From positions 1 to 30,219 of the forward strand of contig JBEPUF010000004.1 in NCBI GenBank assembly GCA_041691735.1: a stretch of 30,219 nt of DNA, in the 5' to 3' direction. Position 1 is the stretch's first letter, and every line of letters begins with the position of its first letter. The position numbers and the translations under genes were made by a program. The stretch is from Deltaproteobacteria bacterium. GTDB lineage: Bacteria; Myxococcota_A; Polyangia; Haliangiales; Haliangiaceae. Shown here in pieces: positions 25,831 to 30,219 of the stretch. The notes beneath the pieces are model-generated. The model worked only from the letters and a program-made list of their open reading frames with translations, had not been told where the DNA came from and made no database searches.

Positions 25831-26484
25831 TCACTTCATCCCCCGCGCCGCGCGGCGCAAGCTGTCGGGGAGTTGCTGGACGAGCGCGGTGAGGCGAACC
25901 CGTCCGGTGTGGTAGTCCTCGGGCGTCAGATCGGTCAGCGCGAGCACGTCGTCGCGCGTCGTCGCGCCCTGCTCGATGGCGCCGACGATCGGGAGCACCC
26001 GCGGGTCGTCCCCCGCGAGCGCCCGCAATGCGGCGAGCGTCTCGACGACGACGATGCGCAGCTCGGGGCTCGACTGAGGAGTCGAGCGCGCGAGCGCCTC
26101 CGACACCTCCCCTTCGATCGTGTCGTACTCGCCGGTCTCGCTCACGCGCTCGCCGTCGAGCACGACGTGCGGCAGGTGGAGCGCGCGGGCCAGATCGTTC
26201 TTCGTGCGGAAGCGCACCACGTCGAGCACGTGCGCCTCCAGCGTCTTCTCCTCGGGATCCCAGCGCAGATCGCCGGTGAACGTGCTCACCAGTGCTTCCT
26301 GCACCAGCTCGCGCACGTAGTCATCGTCCGCGCCGCGCCCTCCCACCTTCGCGATGCTGCGCGCGCGCGACTTGGCGTACCGACGAGCGCGACCAATCAG
26401 CCGCTCGTCGGCTTGCCTCTCGTACTCTGCGAGCCACTCTTCCGTCGGCTCGAACGGCTTCCTCTTCTGCTCGTACTTCTCCAT
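25831..26484 (-). CDS. Divergent ECF-like sigma70 factor
   Basis: Region-2-like RELVQEALVSTFTGDLRWDP...HVLDVVRFRTKN and region-4-like HTH GATTRDDVLALTDLTPEDYHTGRVRL. The length (217 aa) is typical of ECF sigma factors. Confidence 0.65.
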   Translation of the reverse strand: MEKYEQKRKPFEPTEEWLAEYERQADERLIGRARRYAKSRARSIAKVGGRGADDDYVRELVQEALVSTFTGDLRWDPEEKTLEAHVLDVVRFRTKNDLARALHLPHVVLDGERVSETGEYDTIEGEVSEALARSTPQSSPELRIVVVETLAALRALAGDDPRVLPIVGAIEQGATTRDDVLALTDLTPEDYHTGRVRLTALVQQLPDSLRRAARGMK

Positions 26485-26518
26485 GACGTCGAGTCCTTCG
26501 CTTCCTTCGTACGGGCGC

Positions 26519-26535
26519 GCGTGAACCGTTCACGC
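26519..26535. promoter_or_regulatory. Perfect palindrome in the divergent control region
   Basis: GCGTGAAC-C-GTTCACGC, 35 nt upstream of the sigma-like ATG. Confidence 0.45.
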
Positions 26536-26885
26536 AGTCGTCCCGTCACGCGCGGGGTATCGGCACGCCGCGGCGACGGATTCGCGAGGCTCGCGGGTGA
26601 ACCACTTGTATAAGACGTGGAGTTGCGGGCGATTGGCGCGGAGGCTTCCGGGCGACCCGATGGCGAAGGCTGGCAAGTTTCGCCAGAGCGCTTGGATCCG
26701 CTCGGTGTCGTTCGCGAGACCCGAGTTGCCTCATCGAGACGAAGTGGGGGCGTGCACGGTTCGCGTGCCCACCGTCGAGCAGTCGCCGACGGCGGCCTCA
26801 CCCCGCCACGTCGAGGCGTGAGACGCGTTGACCATGCCGCTGGTCTCCGCCTACGGTGCGGCCGGGCAGATCTGGGGAGGTGCGC

Positions 26886-29800
26886 GTGCGAGTCATCGTT
26901 GGACGAGTGGTCATCGCCGAGACGGGTGTCGGCGTTTCTGGGGTCGTGGTGGTCGCATTCGGGAGCCAAGCAGCGTCGCCGGGAGCGAGCACGCCAGGGG
27001 GCGTACCGCGGATAGGTTCCGTCCTCACCGACGAGACTGGCGCGTTCCGGATCGAGTACGGCATCGACGGGCCCACGGCGCCAACCGGGGTGCGCGTCGC
27101 GGTGTTCGCCGACGCTGCGACCACCGATATCTCGCACGCCCTGTACGCGGAGGCGACGCCGCGAAATCCGGCCGCCGCACTGGAGTCGTACGCGATTCGC
27201 GTTCCGCAGGATCAGCTCCTCAAGAATGCGCTGCCCGCGCCGGTGCAGGTCAACGATCCGTCCCTGCGCCTCGGCGCGCAGTACGCGCTCCGCGTTCAGC
27301 TTGGCGCGGCGACGAACACCCTCATTTCAGGAGCTGGACGTCCGATCATCGACGTTGCGCGGGCTCCTCTGGCACAGCTCGGCGACCAGGTCCGTGCGGA
27401 TCTACGGGTTCGTGGCCGCGCATTCCCGGGTAGCGCCGGAGGCACGGTCCAGACGCGACTGCTCGACGCCATCAAGCGCAGCATCACGAATCGGTTCGCG
27501 TCGGCCAACCGCCGAGTGCTCTTGCAGGCTGCAGCCTCCGAACAAGCCAAGCTGAAGGTCGGCACTCAACTGACCGAGGGCGACGCCACTCCGTTCGTGT
27601 TCGGCGCGAGCAGCCTCACGCAGCGGCAATACAACAGCCTCCTCACGCCGGCGTGCCGCGACGCCCGCCTCCCCGATTCGAAATGCCCCGAAGCCGGGAG
27701 CAATGGGGGATCGGGTGGTGGCAACGGGACACCACCGCCGACCCCAACGATCGAGGACTTGGTCTGGCGCGCGCTGTCGACATCGCCTGGACTCAACGAG
27801 TCGCGGCCCGCTCCCACCGATGTCGCCCGACGCGTCAGCGGCTTGCAACTCGCGTCCGGCCCCGCCGACGTCACCGCGCTCCACGACTTCGATGTTCTCC
27901 ACCTCGCGTTCGAGAACGTGTGGGACGATCTCGTGGACGAGCAAGTGGTCGATGCCGCGACGCGGCTCCATCAAGCTGTGCTCCGTGCGGGAGGCTCGCC
28001 CCCTGGGTCCCAGAGCGGAACGATCGCGTTCTCGTTGGGGGGCACGCTCGACGGCCTGCTCTCGGAGGCGCGGGCGCTGGTCACCACGCTGCTGGACACT
28101 GTCAGCAGCTTTCTCTCACCGGTCCGCAGTCGTGGCGCGGTAGACCAGCGAAGCAACGGCGGCGGAGTCTTTGCGGGCGGACCAACGGTCGATCGCAACG
28201 GGCATCCGATCACGCCGGGCGTGCCCCCGCAGCAACAGGACAACGTCGACAACCACCGTGTTCCGGATCCCGCGTCGGACGTCCAGGCCCTTCTCGCCGA
28301 GCTCGAGAAGCTGCTCGCCGAGCCGTATCGCTTCACTGTGTTCGCCGCCGACAACACGGGCGTAGCGATCAACTTCGGCCTCATCGTGACCTATCGCCAG
28401 CGCTGGCAGCCGGTCACCTATCAGGCCGGCAAGCTCGTCAGCACGATCACGCTCGCGCCGCGCGAGGAGCGGAGCTACTCGCGCAAGACCACGGTCACCA
28501 CGCGGAAGAAGCAAGACACGTCGGAGAAGTTCCGCAGCCTCAACAAGACCGAGGAGGACATCACCGACCGCGCCGTCCGGGACATCGTGCAATCGGCGCA
28601 GTCGAGCACCGGCCTGGACGTCACCTACAGCGGCGAGGCGGTGTCGGTGACCCTGTCCCACAACGACCAGCAGAGCTCGAGCGACACCAAGCAGTCGTTC
28701 CGTGAAGCGGTCCGCCGAGCCTCTGCGGAGTACGAGAGCCAGCGCTCGGTCCAGGTCTCCTTCGAGACCACGGTCGAGACGACGACCGAGGAGATGGGGA
28801 AGATCGTCAACCCGAACGCCGAGCTCGCGGTCACGTACCTCTTCTATCAGCTGCAGCGCCGGTTCTTGGTGTCGGAGCGCATCCAGAAGCTGACTCCGGT
28901 CGTGATGGTCGCCCAGCCCGTGCCGAAGCCGTCCGACCTCACGATCAAGTGGCTCCTTCAGTACGACTGGATCCTGCGCCGCGCGATTCTCGACCCCTCG
29001 TTCATCGGCGCGTTCGACTACGTCACGCAGGATCTCGTGGGCGAGGAGTTCACGCTCGCGGTCTTGAAGCAGAACGTCGACGCGCAGCAGAAGGTCGTCT
29101 CCGAGCTGAAGGACAACCTCGCCGCCGCGCGCAACGACCTCACCTCGCGCTACCAGGCGCTCCAGAGCGCGCTCGCGATGGCGCCGACGAGCGGCGGCGA
29201 CCTGTCATGGCTGTTCGGCCTCGCGGCCAAGCTCCTGGGCCCCGACTCTAACGCCGATGCGCAGAACGTCCAGCTGCGCGAACAGATCGCGCGCGACGCC
29301 TATGATCGTGCGGTCGATGCCGAACGCTCGCTGGAGGACCAACTCGCGAAGGAGGCGTCTCTGCTCACGGTGATGACAGACAAGTGGGTCGAGGCCCAGA
29401 AGGGCTTCTTCAACAAGACGGTCGAGGTCGACCGCCTCCGCCTGCACATCAAGCAGAACATCCTCTATTACATGCAAGCGATCTGGGACCACGAGCCACC
29501 CGACCAGCGCTACTTCCGGCTCCACCAGGTTCCGGTGCCGGTGCTAGCCGGGTCGCTCTCGTACACCGTCGTTGAGGACGAAACGACGATCCCGATGCCT
29601 CCCACCTGGACCAAGCCCACGGTGCTCCAGGCCCAGGCTTCGATCACCACGGATGGCACGACCGTGCCGCTGGTCGAGATCGCCGATCTCGACAACCCGC
29701 TCGGCTACAAGGGCAACTACATGATCTTTCCGCTCGTGGAGCCGAACGTGCTCACGAAGTTCATGATGGTGCCTTATGCGAACCGAGCCAGCGGCATCCA

Positions 29801-30206
29801 GGATCCCGATCAGCCCGGCAACCTGACCCGCGCCGAGTTAGATCAATACGTCTGCTGCTTGAAGAAGAACCTCGCGGCCGCCGATCTCAACGCCCTCCTG
29901 CCTGGCATCAACGAGGCGTACCAGTGGCTCCTGTCGGATCCGAATCCTAGCGAGGAGGAGATCATCGTGCCCACCGATTCCCTCTACATCGAGGCGTTGC
30001 CCGCCGCTCAACCCGTACTCGAGGACTACCAGCTCTTGCACCGCGCCGCCGACGTCGAGCGCGTACGGATCTCGAACGCCGGCAAGAACCTGGACAACGT
30101 GCGCCACGGCGCGCGAATCCTCGGCGGCGACCTCACGAGCGACTTCGACAAGAGCATCCTCGTGGAGGGCGCGAAGGGCGTGACCGTCGAGGACGGCGAG
30201 AAGTAG
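26886..30206 (+). CDS. Large (~1100 aa) hypothetical multidomain protein
   Basis: Uninterrupted ORF (open from 26856) with normal amino-acid composition. GGAGG lies 5 nt before GTG 26886. It has an N-terminal beta-sandwich-like region (IVGRVV..ETG.GVSG..V.AF...GSVLTDETGAFRIEY), a Ser/Thr-rich central region and long coiled-coil-like helices. Confidence 0.88.
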   Translation: MRVIVGRVVIAETGVGVSGVVVVAFGSQAASPGASTPGGVPRIGSVLTDETGAFRIEYGIDGPTAPTGVRVAVFADAATTDISHALYAEATPRNPAAALESYAIRVPQDQLLKNALPAPVQVNDPSLRLGAQYALRVQLGAATNTLISGAGRPIIDVARAPLAQLGDQVRADLRVRGRAFPGSAGGTVQTRLLDAIKRSITNRFASANRRVLLQAAASEQAKLKVGTQLTEGDATPFVFGASSLTQRQYNSLLTPACRDARLPDSKCPEAGSNGGSGGGNGTPPPTPTIEDLVWRALSTSPGLNESRPAPTDVARRVSGLQLASGPADVTALHDFDVLHLAFENVWDDLVDEQVVDAATRLHQAVLRAGGSPPGSQSGTIAFSLGGTLDGLLSEARALVTTLLDTVSSFLSPVRSRGAVDQRSNGGGVFAGGPTVDRNGHPITPGVPPQQQDNVDNHRVPDPASDVQALLAELEKLLAEPYRFTVFAADNTGVAINFGLIVTYRQRWQPVTYQAGKLVSTITLAPREERSYSRKTTVTTRKKQDTSEKFRSLNKTEEDITDRAVRDIVQSAQSSTGLDVTYSGEAVSVTLSHNDQQSSSDTKQSFREAVRRASAEYESQRSVQVSFETTVETTTEEMGKIVNPNAELAVTYLFYQLQRRFLVSERIQKLTPVVMVAQPVPKPSDLTIKWLLQYDWILRRAILDPSFIGAFDYVTQDLVGEEFTLAVLKQNVDAQQKVVSELKDNLAAARNDLTSRYQALQSALAMAPTSGGDLSWLFGLAAKLLGPDSNADAQNVQLREQIARDAYDRAVDAERSLEDQLAKEASLLTVMTDKWVEAQKGFFNKTVEVDRLRLHIKQNILYYMQAIWDHEPPDQRYFRLHQVPVPVLAGSLSYTVVEDETTIPMPPTWTKPTVLQAQASITTDGTTVPLVEIADLDNPLGYKGNYMIFPLVEPNVLTKFMMVPYANRASGIQDPDQPGNLTRAELDQYVCCLKKNLAAADLNALLPGINEAYQWLLSDPNPSEEEIIVPTDSLYIEALPAAQPVLEDYQLLHRAADVERVRISNAGKNLDNVRHGARILGGDLTSDFDKSILVEGAKGVTVEDGEK

Positions 30207-30208
30207 CC

Positions 30209-30219
30209 ATGCCAGACCC
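30209..30219 (+). CDS. Possible start of the next operon gene (partial)
   Basis: ATG 2 nt after the TAG of the large ORF. Only 3 codons are visible. Confidence 0.3.

Overview
High-GC window, probably from a myxobacterium-like organism (inferred from gene content, not proven). It has two parts. (1) 1..~24160 is a coherent low-oxygen/nitrogen-oxide island. It begins with two norR-like 3' ends and continues with yeaO/DUF488, a frameshifted DUF2249, a Usp, hemerythrin-like proteins, cupins, a Tat-lipoprotein NirK and NnrS. A five-gene operon follows: a NarK transporter fused to a NarI-like di-heme cytochrome b, a Nas-type Mo-bisPGD subunit, a 4x[4Fe-4S] subunit, a Tat-Rieske protein and a small 2-TM protein. 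Further on lie a cytochrome c lipoprotein, an AhpD-like CMD protein, rnk, a globin-coupled histidine kinase/NtrC pair, a kinase-CBS fusion, acnA and a DUF488-AlkA fusion. Eight sigma54 -24/-12 matches can be read directly, and three of the promoter regions share a 17-bp CGCGAA-N5-TTCGCG-type site. (2) ~24620..30219 holds a translationally coupled triad (ECF-like sigma factor, small unknown protein, IrrE/ImmA metallopeptidase). It is divergent from a ~1100-aa protein of unknown function whose operon runs off the window. The best candidates for an undescribed system are the NarK-NarI/Nas/Rieske complex and the sigma/anti-sigma/IrrE module with its divergent cargo. All family assignments come from motif recognition by eye, without database searches. 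Most long Arg/Ala-rich ORFs in the track are GC shadow frames.
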